Origin: an uncultured Candidatus Entotheonella sp.
GTDB lineage: Bacteria; Tectomicrobia; Entotheonellia; Entotheonellales; Entotheonellaceae
DNA: 64,000 nt
Reading direction: 5' to 3'
NCBI GenBank assembly: GCA_965217185.1
Contig: OZ244252.1
Location: 3,840,001 to 3,904,000 of the forward strand
The first letter of the stretch is position 1. Each line of letters begins with the position of its first letter. Under the pieces are notes generated by a model that ran no database searches, was not told the origin of the DNA, and was given only the letters and a program-made list of their open reading frames with translations. Positions 47,456-57,006 of the stretch are shown in pieces. The position numbers were made by a program, and so were the translations under genes.

Positions 47456-48445
47456 TTAGGGGCCGTCCTCCGGCAGGTCGCGGACGACACCGCTGACGAT
47501 CTCGGCGGTGTCGATGCCCTCCGCTTCCCCCTCGAAATTCAGGATGAGGCGGTGCCGCAGGCAGGGCACGGCGACCTCGCGCAGGTCGTCGAAGCTGACG
47601 TTGAAGCGTCCGGCGAACAGCGCTCGCACCTTGGCGGCCAGCACCAGGCTCTGCACGCCGCGCGGGCTGGAGCCGTAGCGCACGTAATTGCGCACCGCGT
47701 CGCTGGTGCGGGGCGTCTGCGGGTGGGTGGCCATGACCAGACGGATGGCGTAGTTCTTGACGTGCGAAGCCAGCGGCACGTCGCGCACCAGGCGTTGGGC
47801 CGCCAGGACGTCGGTTGCCGTGGCGACCGGCTCCGCGGTCTGCGTTTCGCCCTGGGTGGTGCGGTCGACGATGTCGCTGAGGTCGTTGAACGACGGGTAG
47901 CTGATCTGCAATTTCAGCAGGAAGCGGTCGAGTTGCGCCTCGGGCAGCGGGTAGGTGCCGTCCATTTCGAGCGGGTTCTGGGTGCCCAGCACCAGAAACG
48001 GCAGGTGCAACTTGTGCTCCGTGCCGGCCACCGTCACCGTCTGCTCCTGCATGGCTTCGAGCAGCGCTGACTGGGTTTTCGGCGTCGCGCGGTTGATCTC
48101 GTCGGCGAGCACGACGTTGCTGAAGATCGGGCCGGGTTGAAAGGCGAAATGGCGCTGTCCGGCCTCGTCTTCGAGGACCACGCGGGTGCCGATGATGTCG
48201 GCCGGCATGAGGTCGGGGGTGAACTGGATACGCGAGAATTGCAGGTGAAGAGCGGCGCCGAGGCTCTTGACCAGCAGCGTTTTGCCGAGCCCGGGCACGC
48301 CTTCGAGGAGGGCATGGCCGCCGCACAGCAGGCAGGTGAGCAGGCCGTCCACGATGTCGCCGTGCCCCACGATGGCCTTGGCGATCTCGGTACGGATGCG
48401 CGCCATGTCGGCGTCGAATTGTGCCACCTGATCGGTTACGTTCAT
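47456..48445 (-). CDS. moxR: MoxR-family AAA+ ATPase
   Basis: EGVPGLGKT, RIQFTPDLMP, DEINRA, YPLPEAQLDRF. Confidence 0.95.
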   Translation of the reverse strand: MNVTDQVAQFDADMARIRTEIAKAIVGHGDIVDGLLTCLLCGGHALLEGVPGLGKTLLVKSLGAALHLQFSRIQFTPDLMPADIIGTRVVLEDEAGQRHFAFQPGPIFSNVVLADEINRATPKTQSALLEAMQEQTVTVAGTEHKLHLPFLVLGTQNPLEMDGTYPLPEAQLDRFLLKLQISYPSFNDLSDIVDRTTQGETQTAEPVATATDVLAAQRLVRDVPLASHVKNYAIRLVMATHPQTPRTSDAVRNYVRYGSSPRGVQSLVLAAKVRALFAGRFNVSFDDLREVAVPCLRHRLILNFEGEAEGIDTAEIVSGVVRDLPEDGP

Positions 48446-49962
48446 TCCCGTACCATCCCCAGCGACAGGAAGTATTGCTTGATCTGCTCGCGGTAGCCGC
48501 GCGGAATGTCCTCGTGCGTCAGCACCTCCTCGGCGGCCTGCTGGTACTGCACGGCGACCTCCTCCACGGGCACCTGCGCCTCGTTGATCATCGGCAGGCG
48601 GCGCATATATCGCAGGCGCGTGGGGCCGGGGCTGTTGCGCAACTCGACGTGCGACATGGGCTGCTCGGACTCGCGCAGGGCCTGTTCGGGGCGGGCGTCG
48701 ACACGGGTGGACACGCCGTAGCCGGCGTCGGAACCGGGGGCGGAGAACTCCTCCATGCCGTACAGGTCTTCCATCATGAACTCGCCGCCGAACCGTCGGG
48801 GGTCGAAGTCGCCTTGCGCCTGCCGGGCGCCGGGCGCCGGGTCGCCGCCGGGCTGCCCCTCGGCCTGTTGCTGCAGGTTGCGGGAGGCGTATTCCAAGGC
48901 ACGGCGGGCGCGTTCGAGGTGCTGCATCTCTTCACTGGCCTGCTGCTGCTCAATGACCTCGCGCAGCAATTGCCGCGCCGCCTGCACGTCGCCGGCGCGC
49001 AGGTTTTGCAACAGCGATTCCAGTTCGGGAACCGGCATGGCGCCGGCCTGCTGGCGCAGGCGTTGCAGGCTTTGCTCGGCTGCCGCCACGCGGTCGCGCG
49101 ACGGTGTTTCGTCGTCCAAGAGTTTCAGCACGTCGCGTAACTCCTGCTTGAGGCTCTTGCCGGACGGCAACGTGTCGCGCACCGCCAACCGCCCCATGCC
49201 GCTCATCAAGGCGCGCTCGCGCAACTCCTCGCGCAGGCGCTGCAGGTAATCCGAAAGGCTGGCGATACGGTCGCTAAAGGCGTCCTGCGGCGCGCGCTCG
49301 TCTTGCAAATGCTTGCCGAGGTTCTGCAATTGGCGCGCCAGGACGAGGCTGCGGTCCAGATGTTCCTGCTTGGCGAGCCGCTCCAGTTCGTCGCCCCACT
49401 GTTCGAGACGCTGGCCCTCGCGCACCACTTGGCGGCTGAAATCCGCATCGCCGAGAGTGGCGAACGACCACGTGGGGGTCTCGATCCAGTGCAGGGCGAG
49501 AGTGGCGAGCAGCAGGACCGGGATGGCCCACAGCCGGCGCGGCAGACGCAGCGGCAATACCTGGCGCGGCTCGACGCGCGGCGCCAGCCGGTCGGCTTCG
49601 TCCATCAGGGCGGCATTGAAAGGGTGGTCGGCGTGCCGCTTGCCGTATTCGTAAGCGGTGCTGAGGCGCTCGTGGCCGCGCAGGGTGCGGTCCGCCGCGG
49701 CCAGCATGTCCAGCGGAGCGCCGCGTGTGGGCCAACTGAGGCAAAGGACAATACCGAGGGTTACGAGGGCGAGGAGGGCATAGACGGCCGGCAGGGAAGC
49801 CGTCCACACGCCGGCGGTGACGAGGGCCGTTGCCAAGCAGGCGACGGCGAGGCCGACGAGGGCGGTATCCAGGGAGCGGCGCAGCCGCCGCAAGTACCGG
49901 TGGCGCCGTTGCAACCGCGTCACGGCCTGCTCAAGGAGGCCCGACTGATCCATCGCCTTCAC
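48442..49962 (-). CDS. Membrane-anchored coiled-coil protein of the MoxR operon
   Basis: N-terminal TMs, ERLSTA, Q/E/R-rich coils, C-terminal IPRGYREQIKQYF; ATGA coupling to moxR. Confidence 0.8.
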   Translation of the reverse strand: MKAMDQSGLLEQAVTRLQRRHRYLRRLRRSLDTALVGLAVACLATALVTAGVWTASLPAVYALLALVTLGIVLCLSWPTRGAPLDMLAAADRTLRGHERLSTAYEYGKRHADHPFNAALMDEADRLAPRVEPRQVLPLRLPRRLWAIPVLLLATLALHWIETPTWSFATLGDADFSRQVVREGQRLEQWGDELERLAKQEHLDRSLVLARQLQNLGKHLQDERAPQDAFSDRIASLSDYLQRLREELRERALMSGMGRLAVRDTLPSGKSLKQELRDVLKLLDDETPSRDRVAAAEQSLQRLRQQAGAMPVPELESLLQNLRAGDVQAARQLLREVIEQQQASEEMQHLERARRALEYASRNLQQQAEGQPGGDPAPGARQAQGDFDPRRFGGEFMMEDLYGMEEFSAPGSDAGYGVSTRVDARPEQALRESEQPMSHVELRNSPGPTRLRYMRRLPMINEAQVPVEEVAVQYQQAAEEVLTHEDIPRGYREQIKQYFLSLGMVRE

Positions 49963-50755
49963 CTCCCTCAGTGCCGTCGCGGAGAGCCGATCGGCGTTGC
50001 AGCCAGCGTGTGCGCAAGGCGGCGATTATAAAAAACAGGCTCCCCAGAATCAAATGCAGCGCCAGCGTGGCGGCCCAACCCGGGGCGGTGTGCCTCATGA
50101 GGCTGACGGCGGGCAGGCGCGGCGGCCAGATGCTGGTGTCGATGAACGCCAGCACCGGGTTGGCGAGCGGCCACACGAAACCGCTGACCAGGATGAACCA
50201 CAGGTAAACGACGCGCACCAGGATGTAAAGGATGAAGTCGTCGCGCTCGAACCAGATTAGCAGCGTGACGCCGATGATCCGGTACGCCGTTAGGCACGCC
50301 AGCAGCACGAGCATGCCGGTACCGAGATGGGCGAGCGACTCGCCCGAGACGCCGGCGGCCAGCAGCAACAAAGGCCACGACAGCCCCCAGAAAAACAGCA
50401 TCTCGACGCTGCCCGCCGCCAGATAGCCGCGCAGGAACGTGCCGCCCGGCAGCGGCGTGAACGCCAGCCAGTCGCGCAGGGTGGCGTTCTGCCCGCCCAG
50501 CAGGTTGCGCGCCCCTTGGGTGAAGTTGAGGTAGGCCAGGATGATCGTCGCCGTGCCGCCCATGGCGTTGTAGGTGAACGGCAGGTCGCGCAGACTCAGG
50601 AAGCCTTCCTTCGGCCAGGTGATGAAGAGCGCCAGTGACAGCACCGCGGCGTAATTCAGCCCATGCGTCCAGGCTGTGCCGCGGTGCGTCATGGCATCCA
50701 GCGCGCCGCGGAAGATCGGGTTGCGCAGCGCCTTCCTGCCGGGTATGGGGATCAT
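49931..50755 (-). CDS. Multi-pass membrane protein, ABC-2 permease-like
   Basis: About 6 TM segments; overlaps the next gene. Confidence 0.65.
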   Translation of the reverse strand: MIPIPGRKALRNPIFRGALDAMTHRGTAWTHGLNYAAVLSLALFITWPKEGFLSLRDLPFTYNAMGGTATIILAYLNFTQGARNLLGGQNATLRDWLAFTPLPGGTFLRGYLAAGSVEMLFFWGLSWPLLLLAAGVSGESLAHLGTGMLVLLACLTAYRIIGVTLLIWFERDDFILYILVRVVYLWFILVSGFVWPLANPVLAFIDTSIWPPRLPAVSLMRHTAPGWAATLALHLILGSLFFIIAALRTRWLQRRSALRDGTEGGEGDGSVGPP

Positions 50756-50773
50756 GTGGGAGTCTCTGGATGC

Positions 50774-53700
50774 TCAGGCATCAAGAACATCCCTTAACGA
50801 TCTGACATTTGGCACTTGGTCATGCTGTACCACGAATTCCGGAGGGATGAATAGCGGGCTGCCCGGTGACCAGAATTCGACGCTGTCGGCGTTTTCCTCG
50901 AAGTACTGGGGATCGGTGGTCACCCGCAAAGCCTTCCTCATACCCGGTGCCAACAGGCCGTATTCCCGGTGCCCTAACGGCTGGATGTCAGTTCCCGGTG
51001 GCATCAGGTCGAGGGAACCGATGACCCGGTCAAGATCGTCCATGGTCACCGGTGAGGCTGGCTGCATCGGTATGACGAGGTCTTCCTCGGTCACCGTGTC
51101 AAGGTCGAAGCCCTTTCCTTCTGCTTCTTGGGCCTGCTGTTGAATCCTGTCCACCAAGTCCGCCGCTTCCCGCTGATTGCGCCTGGCCCCTGATAATACA
51201 GCCTCCGCAATCGTCTGCGGCATGCGGGCAAGGATCGGCTGCAGGCGGCCGACCACGGATTCGAACAGCCCGATGCGGTCCCGAAGGGCACGGTAGACGT
51301 CAGTTTCCACCGTGCCTTCATAATGCAGGTTGATAATCCGGATGCCTGGGTGGCGCTGTCCAAGGCGGTCAATGCGCCCGATGCGCTGCTCCACTCGCAT
51401 CGGGTTCCACGGCATGTCGTAGTTGATCAAGGCGCCGCAGAACTGGAAGTTCAGGCCTTCGGCGGCGGCATCCGTGCACAGCAGAACGTGAGCCTCGCCG
51501 TCACGAAAGCGCCGTTTGGCGTCATCGCGGCTGATCTGACGCCAACCGCCGTCGGCAGAAGGAATTTCCCCTCCGCGGCCAGAGAAGCACATGAGTTCCA
51601 GATCGGCGTCCTTTCGGAGCTCGCTGCGAAGAAAGTCCATGGTGTCGGTGTATTGGGTAAAGACCATGGCCTGCTCATAGCCGTCTCGTTGGAGATCGGC
51701 AAGGGTGCTTTTCAAGCTGGTCAGTTTGCTGTCCGGCGGCAGCTGGGCGACACGGGCCAGAAGGTCTTCAATGTCGGTCTTTTCTTCAGCGGCGAGGGCC
51801 TCGCGCTCCAGGCCTCCAACCTCTTCCGCATCCAACACCTCGTCGCCGCCGGCGTCATCGTCCGGCGCGTCATCGTCGAGGCCCATCAATAGGTCGTAAC
51901 TACCGGAGGCAACCGCGTCGAGATGTTTCCGGAGCGTGGTTTGCAAGGCGCTGAGGCTGCTGGTGAGACGGCGGCGATAGATGGTCATGACGAACCCCAC
52001 TGCCGTGCGTTCACTGGCGCTGGCTTGGTTGTATGTGGTGGCGATGTACGCCTCCAATGCCTCGTAGAGCTCACGCTCCGCCGGTGTCATGTCGAGAAAG
52101 CGGTCCTCTACCCGGCGGTCGGCGATCGGGGTGGACAGCATGCCCGCTTGAAAATAGCGCCGTAGCAATTCGCGGGTGTGCCGCGACACCAATCGGCGCA
52201 GCGGGGTATTGGCCCGCATGATCTTGACCGCCGCCCGCCGCTCAGTGGTTTCAAGTTGTCGCCGCGGGATGCTGGCGGGGTCGCGCAGGGCGCGAAGTAC
52301 CTTGTTGGTTTTGAGGGGGGACAGGTCTGTTACACGTCTCGCGTCCTGTGCTTCAACTTGGCCGTAGGTGTGCTCGGATGACTGAAACAACTGTGCCATT
52401 CGGTCCATCGCCGCCGTGGAAGGATTCGGTTGCTCGACATCCTCGAAGAATTCGAGAAACGCCCTTGACGACCATTCCGGCGGCAGACCCAGCAGGTTGA
52501 GCAAGTCCCAGACCTCGACCGGATGGACCTGCATCGGCGTTGCCGTTAGCAGCACCAAGCCCTGTGTTCTGCTTTGCAGTTCCCGCATCAGGCGCAGCAA
52601 GGCGTTGGGACCACCTTCCTGGGCGCTTCCGGCAGCGCGCCGCCGGGCATGGTGGGCCTCGTCGAGCACAATCAGATCCCAAGGTGCGGCACCTTCCAGA
52701 AGGGGCTCGGCGCGGTCGCGGCGGCGCATCAGGTGGCTCGACGCGATGACCACCGGTTCCTTGTGCCAGTCGTCGTGGTCCACTTCGCGTTCGTGGTGCT
52801 TGCCCAACGCGGGGGAGGGGTGCCAGACCAGCTTGTGGCCGTCATAGATCGGCCAGTTGAGATTGAATTTCTCGCGTAGTTCGATCTGCCATTGTCTGAG
52901 CACCGCTTTGGGCGCCAGGATCAGGATGCGCGCGGCGCGCCCGGCGAGCCAGGCTTGGCGCAGTAGCATGCCGGCCTGAATGGTTTTTCCGAGACCGACC
53001 TCGTCGGCGATCAGCAACCGAGGCGGCCAGTTGCGGTAGAGCCGTTCGAAAGCCCTCACCTGATGGGGCCATGGAATGACCGCCGAGGTTGCCTCTCCCA
53101 CACGCTCACCGCCTTTGGCCATCGAAGGAGCGTGCCGGATGAAAGACCAGACGCGGCTTCTCAGATCCCCCGGTTCGGGCGCTGGCGGTTTCTTGGGCGC
53201 TGTGGCCCCGGCCGTCGGCTTGGCGGGGGGAGATTGGACGGGTTTCGCTTCGGCTTCCTGCTTGAGGCGGGCCGGCATGTCGGTCTTCGGCAGGAAGCGC
53301 ATGAGGCTTTGGCGAGCGGCGTCGGGGATGTCCAGCACGATGACGCGCTGCGCCTTGTCGGTCCATATACGGGCGAAGTTGGCATCCTCTTCATTTACCC
53401 TGGCCGCATCCGTTCCCCAACTCGTATAGACGTTGATGCTTTCCCAGTTGTGCTGCCACCCCGCGGCCGTCTCGTTGAGGCTGCCGTTCCACGCAAGGCG
53501 GTCGCCAGCACGATCCTGGATGATACCTGACTTTTCGTGAAAGATGCCGTCTGCCGGGATGGGCCTCCGGTTGGTATCGCAGGGAACCGCCACCCGGACG
53601 TCCAGGTGGCCGCGTGCGACCATCCACGCCAGCAGTTCAAGAGCGTCCGACGTTGGCTGGTCCGGGGGCGCCAGAGGCAGGTTGTCCATATGCCGCTCGA

Positions 53701-53962
53701 CGAGTTCGCGGAGTTGCTCGCCTTCTTCGATGGCCGCAATTTCAGGCGGTTCCAGCGTGCAACCGACAATCAGGCGCATCCGGCCGTTGTTGCGGACCAG
53801 TCCTTCAATGCCGCGTGCCGCCAGCCGCAGCGCGTTGGCGTTGAAATAGCCGGTCAACCGGTCGTAGCGCTCGGCGTCTTCGAGGGCGGGTATGTAGAAG
53901 AGTCGTACGAGATTGCCGTCGTCAGGGGTGTATTTGAGCTTCCAGGCGCGGTCGCAGAGCAT
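50774..53962 (-). CDS. SNF2-family helicase with N-terminal PLD-like nuclease domain
   Basis: FHEKSGI...GSLNET; ADEVGLGKT; DEAHH; EGLNFQ; EQRIGRIDR. Confidence 0.92.
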   Translation of the reverse strand: MLCDRAWKLKYTPDDGNLVRLFYIPALEDAERYDRLTGYFNANALRLAARGIEGLVRNNGRMRLIVGCTLEPPEIAAIEEGEQLRELVERHMDNLPLAPPDQPTSDALELLAWMVARGHLDVRVAVPCDTNRRPIPADGIFHEKSGIIQDRAGDRLAWNGSLNETAAGWQHNWESINVYTSWGTDAARVNEEDANFARIWTDKAQRVIVLDIPDAARQSLMRFLPKTDMPARLKQEAEAKPVQSPPAKPTAGATAPKKPPAPEPGDLRSRVWSFIRHAPSMAKGGERVGEATSAVIPWPHQVRAFERLYRNWPPRLLIADEVGLGKTIQAGMLLRQAWLAGRAARILILAPKAVLRQWQIELREKFNLNWPIYDGHKLVWHPSPALGKHHEREVDHDDWHKEPVVIASSHLMRRRDRAEPLLEGAAPWDLIVLDEAHHARRRAAGSAQEGGPNALLRLMRELQSRTQGLVLLTATPMQVHPVEVWDLLNLLGLPPEWSSRAFLEFFEDVEQPNPSTAAMDRMAQLFQSSEHTYGQVEAQDARRVTDLSPLKTNKVLRALRDPASIPRRQLETTERRAAVKIMRANTPLRRLVSRHTRELLRRYFQAGMLSTPIADRRVEDRFLDMTPAERELYEALEAYIATTYNQASASERTAVGFVMTIYRRRLTSSLSALQTTLRKHLDAVASGSYDLLMGLDDDAPDDDAGGDEVLDAEEVGGLEREALAAEEKTDIEDLLARVAQLPPDSKLTSLKSTLADLQRDGYEQAMVFTQYTDTMDFLRSELRKDADLELMCFSGRGGEIPSADGGWRQISRDDAKRRFRDGEAHVLLCTDAAAEGLNFQFCGALINYDMPWNPMRVEQRIGRIDRLGQRHPGIRIINLHYEGTVETDVYRALRDRIGLFESVVGRLQPILARMPQTIAEAVLSGARRNQREAADLVDRIQQQAQEAEGKGFDLDTVTEEDLVIPMQPASPVTMDDLDRVIGSLDLMPPGTDIQPLGHREYGLLAPGMRKALRVTTDPQYFEENADSVEFWSPGSPLFIPPEFVVQHDQVPNVRSLRDVLDA

Positions 53963-53964
53963 GC

Positions 53965-56901
53965 TCAGTTGTCGTCGTCCCGCCACAGCTTCAACTGCGC
54001 CGGTTCGTCGATCCTGTCGCGGTAGGCCAAACGGACGAGGTTGTAGAGCGCCTCGAAGTCGCTCCCGGCCGCCGCTACGTCGCCTGTGAGTTCAACGCCG
54101 GTGAAGCTGGTGGAAACGGGAAGGATTTCGAGGACGGCCTCGAGAGCAGCCAGAAAACGCGGGTCCTGATCGATCTGTGCGTTGGCCAGCAACTCCCGGG
54201 CCGCGGCGAGGGACTGGATGCGCGCCAGGTTGGCGGCGTGATGAACGACGTCGATCATGCCGCGGGAGCCGTCGGTGGGCCCCAGCGCCCCTTTTGCTGC
54301 CCGTCGCGTGCTGTCCCACAGTTGGACATTGCTGCCTTTTTTCTCGGCTAGACGGCTGATGACCCCCTTGTCGAGGTCGATGCCGACCGCGCGGGCGAGC
54401 CGGAGCGCCTCGTCGTAGGCGAAAACCGGCGCCTTGAAGGCATCCCAGGCGAGCACGAAAAAGGCGGTGGGTGGGTCCAGGTCGGCGTCGGCCTTGAGGT
54501 GCGTCAGTTGCTCCAGTCGCCAGCGCTTGACCTCACGGCGGGCGGTGTCCAGGGCGTCTTCCGGGGTCGCGGTATAGGGGTCCGTTTCCTCCTGGAGCAG
54601 GGCCTGCTGGCGTCGCGAGCGGCGTTCTGTCTCGGGAACTGGGCGCGGGGTACCGCGCTGCAAGGGCCAATGGCGCGAAAACTCCTCCAGGGCCGGACCA
54701 AAGGAGGCGAGATACAGGTCGACGCCGGTGATGCCGGCTTCCTGGAAGGACTCGACCCGCTCGCGGACCGCTTGGGCGACCCGTGGCGCGATGTCTTCCC
54801 AGTAAAGGTCGCTCTCGATTTCCGAATCATTCTGCCGGGGCCGGCAGACCAGAAAAATGGTGCTGTTGGCGGCTGCCTTGTCCTTGATATGCAGGCTGCC
54901 CGCGGCCTCGGTGTTGACCGGCCAGGAGGCGGTGATGACGAAGCCTGCTTCCATCAGCCCGGTGGTCAGCGCGTCCCAGGCGCCGCTCGACTTGTGCGTA
55001 AACATCAACGTCATGATGCCGTCCGGCTTCAGCGCCCGGCGGCACTCGGCAAAGATCGATGCCATGCGTTGCTGGTAGTCCCGGCCAGCCAGTGCCCGGG
55101 CGCCCTTCTGTCCCTGGAACCTGGCGGCATTGGCGACGGCTTCATTGTCCTTGTCGGTCAGGCGGCGGCGGAACAGGTCGGGGAAGACGTGACCGGCGGT
55201 GCGTTTGAGCCAGACGTAGAAGAAGTCCGACAGCTCGGCATACATGACGTTGTCATAGTACGGCGGGTCGATGACAACGGCGTCGATGCTGGCATCCTCA
55301 ATATGATCGAGGTTGTCGCCCGGTTTGCAGGTGATGTTGACTGGCGGGGTTTCGTCAGCGGCAGCAAACAGGTTGCCGTTGGCGTCTTTGGCTCCAGGAC
55401 GTATCAGCGCGACGAGTTCGTCGATACATTTGGCGGTTTGGCCGATAGCCCAGTCGTAACCAAGGCCGACGATCAGGGGGGCCATTTCGGCGTGCGACCA
55501 GCAGAATGCGAAGTCATGCCGGTTGAAAGTGTTTGCAACAACTTCCCGTGTAGGCATCCAGACTGACATGCGGGAGTTGTAGTTCAGCAGCTTATCCAGG
55601 GAGAGAGCCAAGTACCCATACGCTGCTTGCCGAACCTCGCTCAACTTGCCCGCCGCCTGGTCGGCGTCCAGCATTTCGCGGAAGACCTCGACGCCCGTGC
55701 CGTGGCACAGAAGCTGGCGCGGCGAGAATAGATCGCGCCAGATACGCATGCCATATCGTTGAGGCTCTGTGGTCTTGTTGCCATCGGGAATTGTCTCACT
55801 CGGCACTAGGTCGAACGCTTCCCACTCCGGCAGTTTCTCATCGAGCCGCGCACGGATTTCGGCGCTGTTGTCGTCTTCCGGCCGGGGAGCGCGATAACCG
55901 CGCACCCACTTCTCGCGGGTCTTGCCTGTTTTGGTCTTGCTGAGAACCCGTTCCTTGTAGACGACCGCGAATAGCTGCTCGCCCATCCTCCCAGCCTGGG
56001 CTTGGGTCTTGATCTCGTCACCGTCGATCACCCGCCCGCAATCGGGATACGGGCAGGTGCCGTCGCCACGCGCCACCGTGCCGGGCGACTGCTCATTTGC
56101 AGACCGGACAATCTCGAACGCGCACACGCGGCCTTTCGCCTCTGGCCCGGTGCCGAGTTGGGGCCTGAGCCGGACGCCGGTGCCGTCGGACGCCAACCGC
56201 CAGTTCGGCGAGAGCGGCACAAGACCCTCGCAATAGGGGCAGGTGATCGTGCGTGCCCAGAGGTAGCCTTCGACCCGGACTCCTTCAGGTTCGAGCGGGA
56301 AAATACGGTCGTATTTCGGCTCGGCCCGCTGGATAAATTCACGTGCCAGTTGGCCAAACGTCTCAAGTAATGCAGAACCATGTTCCTGAGGCCACTCTAC
56401 GGTGGCCTTGAGAATCAGGGCGGCAACTGGATTCAAGTCGTTGGCTATCGGCGCGAAGCCCAGCCGTTGGGCTTCGAAGGGAATACTCCCTCCGCCAGCG
56501 GTCGGGTCGAGTACCGACAAGGTATCCAGCGAAAGCTCTTTGACGAGTTCAACCCACGTTTGATTTTGCTTCGCGGGCGTGTACGTGAATGCGCGTTTGT
56601 ATCCATAAGGGTCAGGCCCCAAGTGTTCCTTGTTTCTCTTGGCGACATCAATCCTGCGCCGGGTAGCCACCGGGTCCCCGTGAATGCCGAGCACGTGCAG
56701 GAACTTCTCGCGGTCAGCATCGGCCGGCAGCAGAGAAGCGAGAACCGCGGCACGCGACGCTACCAGCGGCCGCCGCGCCCACCAGACGTGGAGGTAGTAG
56801 ATGGGAGGCAACGCTGTCATGGAGCGTCGCTCGCGGGTGCTTTCTTCTCCAAGCGCCGCGATGGGCAGCCAGCGTTCGATCAGGCGGGTGTCTTCAGGCA
56901 T
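53965..56901 (-). CDS. DUF1156 family adenine DNA methyltransferase with zinc ribbon
   Basis: [24 protein letters not shown]...CPYPDC, DPPYYD. Confidence 0.92.
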   Translation of the reverse strand: MPEDTRLIERWLPIAALGEESTRERRSMTALPPIYYLHVWWARRPLVASRAAVLASLLPADADREKFLHVLGIHGDPVATRRRIDVAKRNKEHLGPDPYGYKRAFTYTPAKQNQTWVELVKELSLDTLSVLDPTAGGGSIPFEAQRLGFAPIANDLNPVAALILKATVEWPQEHGSALLETFGQLAREFIQRAEPKYDRIFPLEPEGVRVEGYLWARTITCPYCEGLVPLSPNWRLASDGTGVRLRPQLGTGPEAKGRVCAFEIVRSANEQSPGTVARGDGTCPYPDCGRVIDGDEIKTQAQAGRMGEQLFAVVYKERVLSKTKTGKTREKWVRGYRAPRPEDDNSAEIRARLDEKLPEWEAFDLVPSETIPDGNKTTEPQRYGMRIWRDLFSPRQLLCHGTGVEVFREMLDADQAAGKLSEVRQAAYGYLALSLDKLLNYNSRMSVWMPTREVVANTFNRHDFAFCWSHAEMAPLIVGLGYDWAIGQTAKCIDELVALIRPGAKDANGNLFAAADETPPVNITCKPGDNLDHIEDASIDAVVIDPPYYDNVMYAELSDFFYVWLKRTAGHVFPDLFRRRLTDKDNEAVANAARFQGQKGARALAGRDYQQRMASIFAECRRALKPDGIMTLMFTHKSSGAWDALTTGLMEAGFVITASWPVNTEAAGSLHIKDKAAANSTIFLVCRPRQNDSEIESDLYWEDIAPRVAQAVRERVESFQEAGITGVDLYLASFGPALEEFSRHWPLQRGTPRPVPETERRSRRQQALLQEETDPYTATPEDALDTARREVKRWRLEQLTHLKADADLDPPTAFFVLAWDAFKAPVFAYDEALRLARAVGIDLDKGVISRLAEKKGSNVQLWDSTRRAAKGALGPTDGSRGMIDVVHHAANLARIQSLAAARELLANAQIDQDPRFLAALEAVLEILPVSTSFTGVELTGDVAAAGSDFEALYNLVRLAYRDRIDEPAQLKLWRDDDN

Positions 56902-57006
56902 AGGGCGGCCAAAGGGTGTTCAGTGATTCGTTGTCAGATGCGGCCGGTGTTTCCGGAATGGCGATTTGGGCTCTGGGTGATCCAGGGCATGTCCGTTCCA
57001 CTCGGC

